Source: Fimbriosthenelais zetlandica
Lineage: Eukaryota
Assembly: GCA_977030845.1 (NCBI GenBank)
Contig: OZ365114.1
Coordinates: 27,218,001-27,282,000 of the forward strand
Length of the DNA: 64,000 nucleotides
Direction: 5' to 3'
Below the pieces are notes generated by a model, which was not told where the DNA came from, ran no database searches, and saw only the letters and a list, made by a program, of their open reading frames with translations. Position numbers and translations under genes: made by a program. Below, in pieces: positions 12,141-26,035 of this stretch (position 1 is its first letter; every line of letters starts with the position of its first letter).

Positions 12141-15100
12141 CCAATCTGTCTTTAAACAATTGGAAACAAATTACCATGACATGGGGAAGCCTAAAGGGAT
12201 TTCTGGAAATATTTAAAACATCAATTTCCATCTCACAATATGCCTTCGGCATAAAGTTACACTTTGAGTGAACTAAAAAAAATGAGAATTGGGCAGTAAA
12301 AACCAAAAGTGAATGGATTGAGGGATGGAAGATGATGAGGTGAGGCCGAGGAGAGGTTGTGGAGAGAGAGGCTGCTGATCTGAAGAAGACGAAGAGAGAA
12401 AAGAGAGCAGTGGAGAGATGTAGGCACTTTGTAGAGAGCAATGGTTTGGAGGTAATTGGAAAAGTGCAAAGCACTGTCAATGTTTGTGTGAATCAATGTC
12501 TGTCATCCTCAATCATTGGTGCTCACCATGATAAAACATAAATAAGCTTTCTCCGCTCTAAACCGAGGACTCTTCTTATATCACATTGCTCAAGAACATC
12601 AAGACAATTCTCAATTAAGAATCGAGATTCCAAAATCAACAAGATAATGATATTACTTCATTCATGTGAATGGTAAAGCCTCGGGACATAGACACCAATG
12701 ACTAAGTCATCTCAAAATATTATCTTGGAATCCTTGCATCCATTTGGGAGCGTAGAATAATATTATCATAAGTATTGCTGCATGCGATATTGCAGCATTG
12801 TTGAAATTAAATTCAGGGATCTTTATAACCAATGGACGCATTGTTAATTCTCTTTCATGGCCCATTATATAAAATATAAAAACATTGATTTAATCTGCAT
12901 TCACTTGGAAAACCGATTAACGTAAACTGTTAATATTAACATATGGAAAAGTTTATAATATCCATGAAAGTACTATGATATAGTATTTCTGTTTTTATAC
13001 CAGTTCCTAGGCCTCACCTCGTAAACACAGTCTCATTTACAGAGCAAACAAATTGATTCTTTTCAAGGATCATTAGACTCATACAGGCAAGCCAGTCTAC
13101 CGTAGTTAGTTGTATGGAAACAACCATCCGGGGCTTTCTACTCATGTTTTACTCCAATTTATGTCTGTTGGAGACCCTGGCAGAACAATAGGGAAATGAT
13201 TTTTATTGCTTATTTTATCCATTGCATTAAAGTTGCCTGTGATCATGGGTGGAGTTGGGGGATCGTTTAAATCGGACTGGTTATGGGGGTTATGAATATT
13301 CTCATCTTGTGAGAGTTGGGTCGACTGTCGTTAAGTATCTGTTTTAATGAGGTTAGCAATCCTCCTGGGATCCTTCCAGGCCTTTACTATAGTCAGGCTC
13401 ACTTATTGCTAGACATTGATCAAACATTTAAATTCCCTCTTTTGATCTCGAGATAAAAATATTTCCATGCAACAACACAGTAGATTCACTCTAGAATTAA
13501 GGCCCTTTAACAAATGGGACTGTAAATCATGAGTGACAAATACTACATTTTAGATCATTGTGGTTTCACTAATTCTAGTGCTTCATTAATTACATTTTCC
13601 ATATTCATATTCAAAGGCTATTTCCATCCCAATTTCCGCCGAATTTATTCAATGCTTTGTCATAGGCCCTCATCTTTACGTAGAAATCAACCAATTATCG
13701 TCCACTTTGAACTTTAATGTCACATTCCTCTCTTTATATTTTGTCTGTATCTCTCTCTTTCCCCACTCTCTCTACCTTTCTTTCTGAGGATCTCTTTCTG
13801 GCTCTCTCTGCCTGTCTCCTCTCTCTGTCTCTATCTCTGAGGCTCCTCTCTATGTGTCTCTGACTCTCACTCTCTCCTATACTCTCTTTCCTCAACCTGT
13901 AGCCTTCGATTTTCTATTCCCCTCCATGATCACTCTCTCTCTCTCCCTCTCTCTCTTCTCTCTTTAATACGAGGCCATGATGACTGTGACCATTGTGAGA
14001 TATGACCGGTGCTTATCTCGTGTATTTTCTGCTATAGTAGTTGACTGTGAGAGGTGATCAATGTATGTAGGGTGATCCCTGGTCACCTTCCTCTACTCCA
14101 TCAGACTTATCACAACTCTCCCTCCATCCATCCTCACACTACTCTAATACACGTCCCTTTAATACATCATATAATATAGCCTTTAATATTCCATATACAT
14201 CCAATAACCGACATCATTGCCCCCCAGAAGCTCTAAAATCATCTTGGGACGGTGGCCTTTCTAAAGGAAAGAGGCATGGAATCTGTTGATAAAGCATATT
14301 AGGAAGAAGCAAGTGCAGGTTATTGAGCATTTCAAGGTTTAAAGTAAGCTTTAAAAAGTATCCACTCCTACCAAGCCTGGAACGCCTTAAAGGTTCATTT
14401 CAATGGATTGATCAGGTTATATTTAATCTACAGAGAAATGGTTGAGACATGTAGCTATCGTTCCATCAATATTATCCGCCATGCATCTCTCATCTATGAG
14501 GAATATCCACCAATCTCTAATTTCTCTTATCGCCCCATCATTGTAGATCTAGATCACATTTGCCTCCGGGCGATAATGTAGTGAATGAAGCATTTCCACT
14601 CGCCTATACCAGCCTCTCGCATCTTTAATATGACTTCATTCCATGAGCCAATAGTCCTGCCTGTACCCAGGACATTACGGCTATATTCCTCTAGCACGCC
14701 TGGGAATCAATATCATTAGCAAAGCTGTCAAATACAACAGGCTATCTACAATCTACTGCAATTCTATAAGTGCCAGTTCTAAATCTATCTGTAATTAATT
14801 TTAAATCCCAGCAAATGAGTGCGTATCTCATATAATTATCAAAGATTTCCATCTTTAATGAAGGGTAAGGTTTTCCTATTGTTATGGCAATATCTTAGCA
14901 CTATTTGCAGCAATGTACATGTAGAGAATGTCATATTTGTTGTCATTTAACTATAGGAACAAGCCAGTATGACTACCTTCTCTAGCATGTTCACCCCTCA
15001 ACCCTCCCCCACCTCGGCCTGTACCCCCCAGGCCACCAATATGCCCCAGCAGTCAGCAGTGCCCGACAAAAGCTTTCAAATCTAAAAATAGCACCATCAG

Positions 15101-18100
15101 CGTCACCAGGAGCTGCTCTGGATTTTGAACTGAGCAGTTTGGTTTTGTTGGGAGCTTTTGGAGGATTACTAACAACCTTTTCCAACTGCGTTATTCAACG
15201 GGATAACATTGTCCCTATTCAAGGACACGCCAAGGACAACACGATCTATTTTGCGACAATAAGCCTATTCAACAATCCATTGGTTTAGCAGAAACTGATA
15301 ATGTTTTTGAGGGGATGGAATAATTTTAACTATGGTACTTGTCCACAGCAGCATTGCTTTTATGGTTATTCGACTTAACCTGCTTTTCACAATTGATATA
15401 AGCACAAAGTACATAGTGGGGAGAAGGTGTTAGTGGCGCTGTCTATAACAAGTGAAGACGACTGAAGATAATGACTGTCACACGTGGAGGGAATGGTCCT
15501 TGGAGGAGGCCATCGTTACCAGCTGTTTCCAGCACCATCAGACAGTCATCTGTAGACTAAATGATGCCACCCTCACCTCCTACTCTACTCCTATTCTTGA
15601 TTCTCCCACTTATCCCGCACTACTCCCTCTGATGCTCCTCTACCTGCCCAAGTCTTACTCCAAAACCTTTTATGTCTCTTTTTCCCATTCATCTTCTTTC
15701 TCATTTCCCTGTCTCCTCCTCCTTTTTTCTCTTACCCATCTATATATATTTCTCATGGTTTATAAGGGGACAGTGGCAGCACAGTTCTTAGAGCTGTTTT
15801 AGGAGTTTCTACTAATGGTGCAATTAATCGTGGTGAGCTCAGCTGGCCAGGGCTGTTTTCTTCATTGAAGTCATCCTGGAAGTTAGGTCTATATTTCCCT
15901 ACAGTCATAATGCCCTTTACTGTCAGTACCCTCAACAATCAGTGACCATTGATTCCTTCTGCTGCTCTCTACCGACCTGCTTCACCCAGTCTTTAAGCCA
16001 CTAGTTCCACCTAATGACCATTCCCTAATCATTTTCCCCCTCCATCTATTAGCCCACAGCCTGACCAAGGTCAAGTACTGGTTTTAATTTCCCTCCTAGC
16101 ACACATTGACTAAATATGACTAAATATTTGAGATTTCCTTCTTCAATTAAACTATAAGAATCTTGGTACGAGATAGTTACATACATACATATCATAAAAC
16201 GTTGATGGTTTACAAGATGCCAGAGGGATATGCAGGGCTTTCTATATTGGTTTAGGGGTAAATGACACCCCAGGCAGACTTCCATTCAACCCCTTTACTA
16301 AGGCTGGAGTACAAGCACCCAGATCAAAGTGAGGGTAAATCAATGAAGGCGTCCAGCTTGCCATGTCACACTTCCTGTCTCCAGACCATCAAGTGATCCC
16401 TGACTGGCAGGGGACCAGGTTTCTCATGTGACTTCAGGAATTAACCTGCCTTGTCCAGGACAATGAGAGAGTAAATAGTGGGAGAATTGAGTGGGAGGGT
16501 GCAGTGACCAGCGGGAGGGGGAGCTGAGCAGTTTGAAATGCGATGAGGGGATATTGTAGTCACTGGCTGAGGCTAGTCACGTCCCGGCCGAGAAAGCACG
16601 AGAATTCCTCCTCCAAATATCGCCTGTCCCGAGTACTTGTTTCACAAATGGAGGTCCAATCAGGAAGAAGACTGATTCACCCTGGCCGCCTGCTGAATCC
16701 GGCTTGTCCGGCAGGGGATCCACCCAATTTATCAACGAGAACAATGCTATTTCACAGTCGCTACTCCAAAACTAAAGTTTGAAACAATCTAAATTGGGTT
16801 TCAGAGTACAGTGACTCTCCGTGACTCGGACACAGCGGAACTTGTATTAATTATTGGCCTGGGTGGGTGTTATACCATTAATGAAATGGTATCAATTGAC
16901 CTATTAAAAAGAGATTAAATTATGGCCAAATCCCTGTGGATTTTAAAGGGAGAAACAACCTGGCCTTGTGATATTTTTCTTTCCATAAATTCCTCATTCT
17001 CACAGGTTCTGATGATGCAGAGAAGACAAGGTTAAGTATCCATTTGGCACAAGTATTGCCTCTGGGATCATTGACCCAATTCCTTTACCCCCAATGAAGT
17101 CAATTTTTCCCTGCCAGTCTCCAAAGTGAACAAAGAGGCGAGAGGTTCGGAATTTAATTCCTTTATCTCCGCTCCTAAATCAATCAAATCCTCATAAAGA
17201 CGATTTAATAGAGTAATTAATTTGCTCCTCAAACTTTTCCATTATCTTTTTCATTTGGCATGCCTTCTCAATTCAAGGCTTCACCCAGACGCCATAATCA
17301 CGTATCTGAGAGAATGAAGCGAGAACTAGAGCAGCGGGACGATTTAATAGGCAGCAATTCTAACCCAGGGAATTTCTATAAATGTATTGACTTCTCGTAC
17401 CATAGAATTGTCCTAATTCCATAATGGAAGGCCGTGCTTCCATTTACAAGGCATCTCAGCATTTTATTTTACACGTTCTCACACCTGATACGCAGTCAGT
17501 CTAATCCGTGTAAACAGAGGAGGACAGGGCTGACTCTTGTTTGCCGCTCATCATCTTTCAGCTGAGGTTAGATTGCTTTAGTTTTGACAACCAACCAGAC
17601 TGCTTCAAGATGGCTGTCAAGATATTGGTTCTGAATGTAACTTTGCCTTCAATATTGCCAATTGATAGTGGTACTGGGGTGTACTATTGCACAAGCTCTG
17701 CAGGCAAAAATGTTCTGTTCAAATCGGGGGGCCAGATTTTGCCATAGTCTGATGATGCCAAATGTGTTTATTCCTCAAAGGTATAACCAACGAGTATAGA
17801 AAGAACTCGTTGGTATAACTTCTATAAAGAGATTTGATCAGAACCAGAGCTGATAACTGTGTTATTAAAGGTCAGCCACGTCTCCCAGTACCCATGGTGA
17901 AAGGCATATGAAAAGGCAGCTATGTATTATTATGAGAGACCTGTAAAAGAGCCATTGCTGACTTAATTTCGACAACAGCAATTCATAGAGCGCTACAAGT
18001 CGCAAAATTCACCTGACTTTTGTTGCGACATTAACCCAGTCAATCACCCATGCAATCAACCAACCAATCAATCAATCAACCAAACAATCAATCAGTCAGT

Positions 18101-18868
18101 CCTCAATCAATCTTACAGTTGGAAGGCTCATAGTTTGTTATCGATGGTCTGAGCAAAGACTTCAGAGACAAATAACCTCAAAACCCACAGACCAGATATA
18201 ACGGGTAAAATAAAGCACATGTACAGCTAGGTTCTATTATAGAGACACAAAAGGTTCTTGTTCATTGCTCTCACATCGGCTTCAGGTGTGTGGAGGTAAT
18301 CCCACCACTGGCCACTCAGCCTCACACTCCACTCCCCAGCTGGCCCCACTACCCGCCATCCCATAATGCAATATTAACTCGCCCTGGAGACGAGCTGCTC
18401 CCAACCTCCGGCCGGCCTGGCAGGAAATGGGAGATGAGTGAAAGGGAGCGCTCAAAGCCCGCCATCTGAGAGATGCTATACCCCACACGGTAGTCAACAC
18501 ACGGCAAACAATTACTTCACTCACAATATCATATTTCTATTTTTAATTTAAAACATCAGATATAAACCCAAGTCCAGAAAGATAATCAAAGTTAGTTGAG
18601 TTGATACTGTGGATGTAGGATGGGATTAGGTGTGTAAAGATGGACTGAGATTGGTGAAGATATTGATAGATATTTGTTACACGCCTGTACGTAAGAAGCA
18701 GGAAATCTCGCCTTTCTTTATGAGATGTGAGAATCCCCCTTTATAGGATGGGATTGGGGTCTATAGAGGTATGTATGTGGGTGGAGGGATGAGGCAGGAA
18801 GGCAGGACTCCCGGGGCAATGTCTGAAAGCATCAAGGTCACTATAAATGGCTCTCACAAGGCACCTGG

Positions 18869-19241
18869 ATGTCCTCCATCCAGTAACTATACCTAAACTT
18901 ATATTCCAACATTGTCCCCAGAAATTATATTGAAATATGAAAGCTTTGGGGGATATGTGAACTTACTTTTCCATTTATTTTATTCTTTATGCCAGTGTGA
19001 GATATGGCACATCTGAGGCCTATTTCAAAAGAAAAATTATCAATGCTAAGTCTATGTCCTCCATCCAGTAACTATACCTAAACTTATATTCCAACATTGT
19101 CCCCAGAAATTATATTGAAATATGAAAGCTTTGGGGGATATGTGAACTTACTTTTCCATTTATTTTATTCTTTATGCCAGTGTGAGATATGGCACATCTG
19201 AGGCCTATTTCAAAAGAAAAATTATCAATGCTAAGTCTATG
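18869..19241. repeat. Perfect 185-bp tandem duplication
   Basis: gtcctccatccagtaactat... starts at 18871 and 19056. I could see no mismatch between the copies. Confidence 0.95.
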
Positions 19242-19270
19242 GCTAATTTTTGTTTTGAAATGGGTTCCTG
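19198..19270. mobile_element. Mini-MITE family C (73 bp)
   Basis: Imperfect TIR (C-GG--CC-TTTCAAAA) with core ttatcaatgctaagt.tatggct shared with 31287-31358. Confidence 0.7.
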
Positions 19271-21310
19271 GAAGGTGTGCATGGCATTGTAAATGTCTGT
19301 TGAATGTTCAGAGATTTCTGTATCATGGTTTTTTGCTCTGCCTTTAAATCTAAATCAATTTACAAAAATATAAATCTGTATGAAAGACTTCAAAGTATGA
19401 CTTCAGTGAATGCCACTCCCTCCGTTTAAGCTTTCAAAATGTCATGCTGATCTTCATAATTATTTGGATACACCAAGTTCTTCTACAACAGCAACTTCCA
19501 TCATGAACTGAGGAAAAAACTCTCTCATGTAGGAACAGTATATATGAGACCCATAAAGAGTGGAACGATAAAAAGTCCAAGAAAGATAGGTCGCCAGTAA
19601 CACAGTAAATTGGCACTTTTTATCGGCGTCGCTCTTAGATGCATGAGGGGCTGCAAAAACCACAACCAAGCATATACAAATACTACAAACAGATTATGAA
19701 GAGCTGGTAATATGTATGCAGCAAAAAGAAGTAGGTCAAGGTCATTAGTTTAAAATATTAACGAAACATGGAAGGCCTATACCTCAATTATGAGGTATTT
19801 TCAACAAAGTTCTGGACATATCAAAGCAATAGTCAATGGTCCATTCCATCATGAATGTGAGCAGGGCATTGGTTTTAAAGAGAATATCACACGTTAGAAG
19901 ATTGAGTAATTTTAGGATAATGGGAGAGGGTAATAGCTGTATTATGGCTTGAACACCTTTCTCAGTTCTCACAATCCAACCAGGCCTAGCAGTGCTAGTG
20001 ATCGACGCTCCTTTCACATGATTCACACTGCTCGTCAAATCTCAATCCAGGTTTTCCATCTCATTCTCTCCTTCTCTAAAAACTGAGAGACCTTTCTCAG
20101 CTAGAGACGCATCTCAGTGATAGACCCATCTCGGGATTTTATATTGGTATTCCTCCTCATGTTTGGGTAGTCCTTCACATTTCAACGACTCGCAGGTTCT
20201 CAGGTTCAGGTTTTATGCATGATAAACATGTTATCCATGATCAGAAATATTCATATTGCTTCCTTAATCTACTGAGCAACAAAACAACACAATGCTATAT
20301 GGGGAAACTACTGCTAGGTGCTACTCAACCTTTAATATGGACCTGCCATACATCCTATTATTATGGACTCATCTGTGAATATTTTAAAAACAATTTCCAT
20401 GATTTTTCTTGAGCTAGGTTCAGTTAATTAGTTTTTAGGACCCTCATAATGGAAAGGGGCCATGGCCCACCCTTATCCCAACAGTAAATATATACATGTA
20501 GCAGTAATTTGATTCGTGGAGTCTCCTAGGGATCGTTATACATGATACTTTAGCATTCTTTTTGTATTTACCAGAATCTTCATATTCTCACACAATGATG
20601 GGCAGGTCAATTAAGGACATGGAGAAAAATAGGAGGCCAACAATGGCTTCCTTTACATTATATATGTATACACATAGTCATTAGATTACCATCACATGGT
20701 CCCATGACATGTTTATACAGGGATCAACATAACATGTTACATGTGTACATATTGATCTCCTATAATGGACGGATTGTTGGTGTATGGGGGTGAGGGTGGC
20801 TGCTTAATATCACATTTGTCAGGCTGACTCATGATGGTCCATCTCATTGTATGCATGTAGAAACTATGGGAGGTCAGACTTCAATATAGTAATATTCACT
20901 ATAGATTGAGAATCTAACAGAAATGGAAATAATATTAGGTGTTTTAAGGCCTATTAATTAAGGGTGCTTTATAAAATTCAACAAAAAAGAAGGGGTTGGA
21001 GGGGTGGGTGCGATTGAAAGGTACTTAATGGTTGTATGGATTAATGGAAAGATATGAGTTTTGAAATAGGAAGACATCGGATGGAATCAGGATTAACAAG
21101 TATGTGAATCTGTGAATGTTTCATGGTTAAAATATTGCATTGGGAGCTCCATGTGTGAGTGGTTGCATACAAGCAGCCTCCCATACATAAAGTGGTCCTT
21201 TAATATGGTAAGAGTTGTAATTAGTCATAATGACGTGGGAGATAAAGAGGGAGACGTGGAATGGGATTAGGTGAAGGAGGAAGGACATTGTCCAGACATG
21301 ACTTAATGAT

Positions 21311-21648
21311 TCATGACCTAGTGCTTCTGGCAGAGGGCATCTTAGTAGAGCTAGGCTTATATAGGCTGGCTGATGTCCAGGCATGGATGTCCAGGGAGAC
21401 CGTCTTTTGGGGCATTGGTCCACCGCCTGGACTCGAGTGGAGTCGGTGAAGCAGGCCCCAGTCACTCGGCCTCCCACCACGGGCCTGGAGGGAGACCGTC
21501 TTTTTGGGCACTGGTCCACCGCCTACCCCCGAGTCAAGTCGGTTTAGCAGAGCCCCAAAAGTCGGTCTCCACTCATAAGGGCCACGATGCCCTTGGGGGG
21601 ACTCTGCAACACCGACGGGACTTGTATGGGAGACCGTCTTTTTGGGTT
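21311..21648 (-). CDS. Candidate terminal exon or TE-derived ORF with three [KQ]KTVS repeats (P/G/S/R-rich, about 110 aa)
   Basis: Open frame 21646-21311 preceded by a long pyrimidine tract. Repeat spacings of 96 and 138 nt preserve the frame. Gene assignment is unknown. Confidence 0.3.
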
Positions 21649-21650
21649 CT
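21394..21650. repeat. Three-copy degenerate tandem repeat (gggagaccgtcttt...)
   Basis: Anchor gggagaccgtcttt at 21394, 21490 and 21628. The first two units also share ggtccaccgcct...gagt..agtcggt..agcag. Confidence 0.85.
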
Positions 21651-23255
21651 GCTCGACTAGGCATAGAGGGGAAGGAGATGAAGAGGTCGAAAAGACAGAG
21701 AAAGGCAGAAGTTGAATAAGACGGGAAGAAAAGAAGAGACGAACATAAGAACATGAACAGGAAGAACAATAATTTAATCGCTATTATAAACTCGACATCC
21801 ACTCAAATAATGGATATGAAATGCTAAACATCCTCTCAGCCGTCTAAATAATTGTATTGTTTTCAGACTCCATATCCCCATTACAACTGATTATTCCAGT
21901 CTTCTATCGTCTTACAAGAGCGGAGAATTATAACAAAAACAGATGCCTACTGTAGAGAAGTTAAAAAATAACCTGTCGACTGTTGAGATGTGATTAGCAT
22001 ATAGACAGGCTGGGAGATGTAACGGCTCTGTTTTCATATGTAACCCCTACAGCAGTCATATAAATGCTGCTATTAAATCTACCGTCTGTCAATACAACCA
22101 TATCCTCTTTAGTAAGATTGCAGGGGGGGGGGGGGTGAGGAGGTTGGTGGGGGAGGGGGGGGGGGGGTTCAGGCAATCTGACCCGCAGTCATTTATTAAC
22201 CAAATAATATAATATTTACTTTAAGAATAGCAAATGATATATGATAAATTAGCTGTTAATTAATAAATAATTGGGATTCGTAATCCCTAGACATTTTTGT
22301 TTAGATTTTCAAATACTAAGCCATGCCCCCCAGCCACTACTCTGGATATCCCTGTGCTGTCAAAAGCAAAGACCATCCTATCAGGCTTATCAAGAAGCCC
22401 AGTCCCCAGCCGCCGTATATATGGCCCGCCTATATGTTGACAGCATACAAGTCCTGCATAAAGGAGGAATGGGAATAATCAGTTGTAGACGATATGTATA
22501 AAGGCTCCCTTGATGGCCAGTATTTGTATGATATCAAACCAATTAGCCAGCAATCTGCTATTTGGATTGAAGTCTGTATATTATGAACTATGGATGTAAT
22601 ATCAACCTGAACAGAGAATATGATACCCCACTACGAGTCGTAAATGGATATGATTAGTCATTCAATACTGCTATACTTCAGGGAGATTCATTCATTCCCA
22701 GTGCCTTTGAAATATACAAAATCATGTTGGAACTATACTGATAAACATATGGAAGAAATGCCTGTATTTCCAGACTGTATACAGGGTCTAGAGTAAACTT
22801 TCACTTTCTGTAAGGTACCTGCCTTGTTTTAAGCGACAAAATGCCTTGAAGCACCTTAAAATGATCAATACTTCTGTCTCCTTCCTTCTAAAACAAGTAC
22901 ACCTCAGGAGAAAAACTTGTGAAAGGCCATATAATTGTATATCCCTTCCAGTGGTACACAAATCGGTAGCAACTCCTGAGTTTAATTACCATATGTATCA
23001 CTTCATTATGCCTCTAGGTTTATCAATACACAGAATATATGAATAAATTAGTGTCTATCTTGCCATACCAGGCTACCAATTACTGCTCTGACCACTTAAA
23101 CCAGCCTCAGCAGCAGGAAACATACATCTCTATAATAGGAATATGGCTCATAAAACAGAGAAATAGCGCCAATTAATAAGGCGACCAACAGTGACTCACA
23201 CATTCGCTTAAACTAAAGAAGTATTCAATAGTCAGCTTCTGAATTTAACGCCTAA

Positions 23256-23486
23256 AGCCTGACATCCACTGTTCGATCTCTGAGGGCACCGATTTTTGTG
23301 ATCGGCATAGATCAAAATAAAATCGTTACTGATCATTTCTCTAACGATTTACCATTGAAAAATTGGTGCCGATCCCAGGATTTTGGCATCCACCAGCCCG
23401 ATCATGGGAATGAATTTTTTTTGGGGGGTCCCGATCGCTTAAGATCTCAAAATCGGGATGAAAATCGTGCTGGTGGATGTCAGGCT
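23256..23486. mobile_element. PIF/Harbinger-type MITE, family A copy 2
   Basis: Perfect 14-bp TIR AGCCTGACATCCAC with TAA flanks; colinear with 5640-5869 over its full length. Confidence 0.88.
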
Positions 23487-23772
23487 TAAAGGAGGTACAC
23501 CTTATTGATTTTCCTTATGAATGAGCGTATCAAAGTTAGGCCATTTTCCTATATTAAACGCCTTAACATTATTTTATGGGGTACAGGGGGCCAGTCAGGG
23601 ACATGTAAACAGGTTCTGCACTTGTTTCTAGACCTAATATGGACACAATTGGATTAGGTCTACCACTATATCCTCCACCATCACCCCAAAGCCAGCACTA
23701 AGGGAAGATAAATGAACCATTGGTGTTGAGAAGCCAACAAAACTTATTAGTCGAGCTGTCAACACTGGGAGG

Positions 23773-23789
23773 TGGCCATCAGGGGGCGG
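23773..23789 (+). promoter_or_regulatory. CTCF-like motif
   Basis: TGGCCATCAGGGGGCGG closely matches the CTCF core consensus. Confidence 0.4.
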
Positions 23790-25676
23790 GCTGACGGCCC
23801 TGACAGCAGCCGGGATAAATGGATGTTCACATTTACACTGACAGCTGATGCTACAACCATGACAACAACGATGAGTGGCGAGAGATGAGGAGAAAGGTGG
23901 GGGAAAGGCAGAGAAATGAAGGGTAAAGAAAAGACGAAAGTCAGGAGAAGAAAAGGAGAGAGAAAAAGAAAGAGTACAATTATAAGGCCACACACATGGG
24001 AAGAGTGGGGAGGCAATCGCTCAACAGGTTTTTGAATGAGCAGCATCGTGTTGCATACAGTTATATGTTAATGAGCAGAATTTCTTTCTTAATTGTTTCC
24101 AAAATATGCTTTCAAATACAGCAAGAGAGTCTTGCCAATCAATTTATACAGTTGATCAAAATAAAATCTGAAATATTCTCTTGGAAGGTATGTGTTACGA
24201 ACTAAAGTCAAGAGCATACTATACTTTGAAATTGACCCTCCCATATACACTGTAGGGAGTCGCAGTGAATTCTCTAAGGTAAATGACTAATGGATGGGAG
24301 GTAGCTGAGGGAGGGTAAGCTAAACAGTGTGAGAACATATGAGAATAATCAGTAAACCTGCAGACATTGAAGCCTTCCCTGAGGCAGTGGCTTCTTGCTC
24401 CATGACGCTGGAGAATGGGGACAGCATTCAGCTAATTCGTCATCAGTTTTTCCTGCCTGGTCCCAGATTTTAACCCAGGGAGAGAATGATCAGGGCAGTG
24501 CTCATCCATTACAATAATTTATGTAAAAGTCCAAGCCTCCCGCTACTTTTTCCTAAGCAGCCCTTCAGCCTTCAATCCAGCATCATTTTCTGTTATTTAT
24601 CTTTCCTGGGTCTGCATGTCCCTTTTCACTTTCTTTAATATTTTCTTTTCCATTCCCTTGACCTTCCAGGTTTCTTATTTTACTCACAGCTCTTCAGTGG
24701 CTCCTCGTCGTTCCATTCCCTCAAACTCCCTCCCACTACCCGAGGTGTCCTTTCCATCCTGCCGATTACCTTTCACCAAAAAAGTGAAGAACCTAGTGAG
24801 AATCAGCAAACAATATTAAAACCAAAATTCCATTGTTTAAAAAATAGCCAAACACGGAAATGAAATAGAAAGAATGTAATTTTTGCCCCAGCCTGAGTAA
24901 TTATGTTAATTTAAACTCGTGGGTGGAATGAAAATAAAATGTAACTTCCTTAATTAATGTTTAATAGGATTAATCAAAGAGAAGGGGCCTCGGCGTCAAG
25001 TCAATTAAGATTGATTGAGTCTGCCGGCCGCAGAATTTCACTGGGACATTTTTTGTTCACAGTCATGTCTCCTAGTGTTCCTCAATCTAATAGCTATTTA
25101 ATACCAACTCCAATTCCATTTCTCCCATCCTCCACTTCTATTCTTTTCCATGAATCTGAACCATTTCAGAATCAACTGCTTTGTAATAAGTACAAATTTA
25201 GGACTTCCAGGCACATTAGGTGGGCAAAATTGGTAGATTTAATTCCAAAGATGACCTTGAAGATGATCTTCCAAAGATGACCTTGAATAATGAAAACAAA
25301 CAAGTCAAAAATATTAGACCTAATGTACCTAAATATAATATATCTAATATGTTACAAGATCGACCAGTGTGTTTGACTTTCACTGCTAGGGTGCCTTCAC
25401 AATTGCTCCCAGATTGTATATGACCTGCTGGCATTTCATTTTTTTCTCATTTAATCCTATTACTGGAGCATTTTAAACAGACGAGCCTGCGGCGTTTCTC
25501 CACTGGTTTTTGGCTCACCTTTACAAATGGTGTTAAAATACAAAAGGTGCGACCACAGCGCCGTCTGGCGAGGGATAGAAGTTACCATGGTTACAATATG
25601 GACCCTGACTCGTATTGTTTTATATCATGTGATCTAATACGAACTATGAAAAAGATGGCGGTCTGTCAAAATGGCT

Positions 25677-26035
25677 GATTGGGAGTTGTGCTTGGTTACA
25701 ACGGGAAGTTGGTATCACAGCTCCAAATTTGAAATCGACAATTGGCTGTTGAAAGACAAAATAATGACATTTACGAGCTCTAAAGGGAACAAGCTAATTC
25801 TAAATAATGCCTTTCACTCACTGAAACATAGCAGCTAAAAAAATAATTGATCAGGTTTTGTGATTGGGAGTTGTGCATGGTTACAACCGGAAGTTGGGAT
25901 CACAGCTCCAAATTTGAAATCGATAGATGACGGATATGAGAGACACAATGATGGCTTTTACGAGGTTTAAAGGGGACAAGCTAATTATGAATAACGCCTT
26001 TCACTCATTGATATATAGCAGCTGAAACATAATTA
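25677..26035. repeat. Diverged 185-bp tandem duplication
   Basis: gattgggagttgtgc.tggttacaac.ggaagttgg.atcacagctccaaatttgaaatcga at 25677 and 25862. Confidence 0.9.

Noticed and set aside
22330-22600. Possible second DIRS recombinase remnant (TILSGLSRSPVPSRRIYGPPI)
   Set aside because: Single short resemblance, not corroborated.
18869-26035. Two independent duplications both with period 185 bp (nucleosome-like)
   Set aside because: The sequences are unrelated and other duplications here have periods 83, 84, 116 and 221; likely coincidence.
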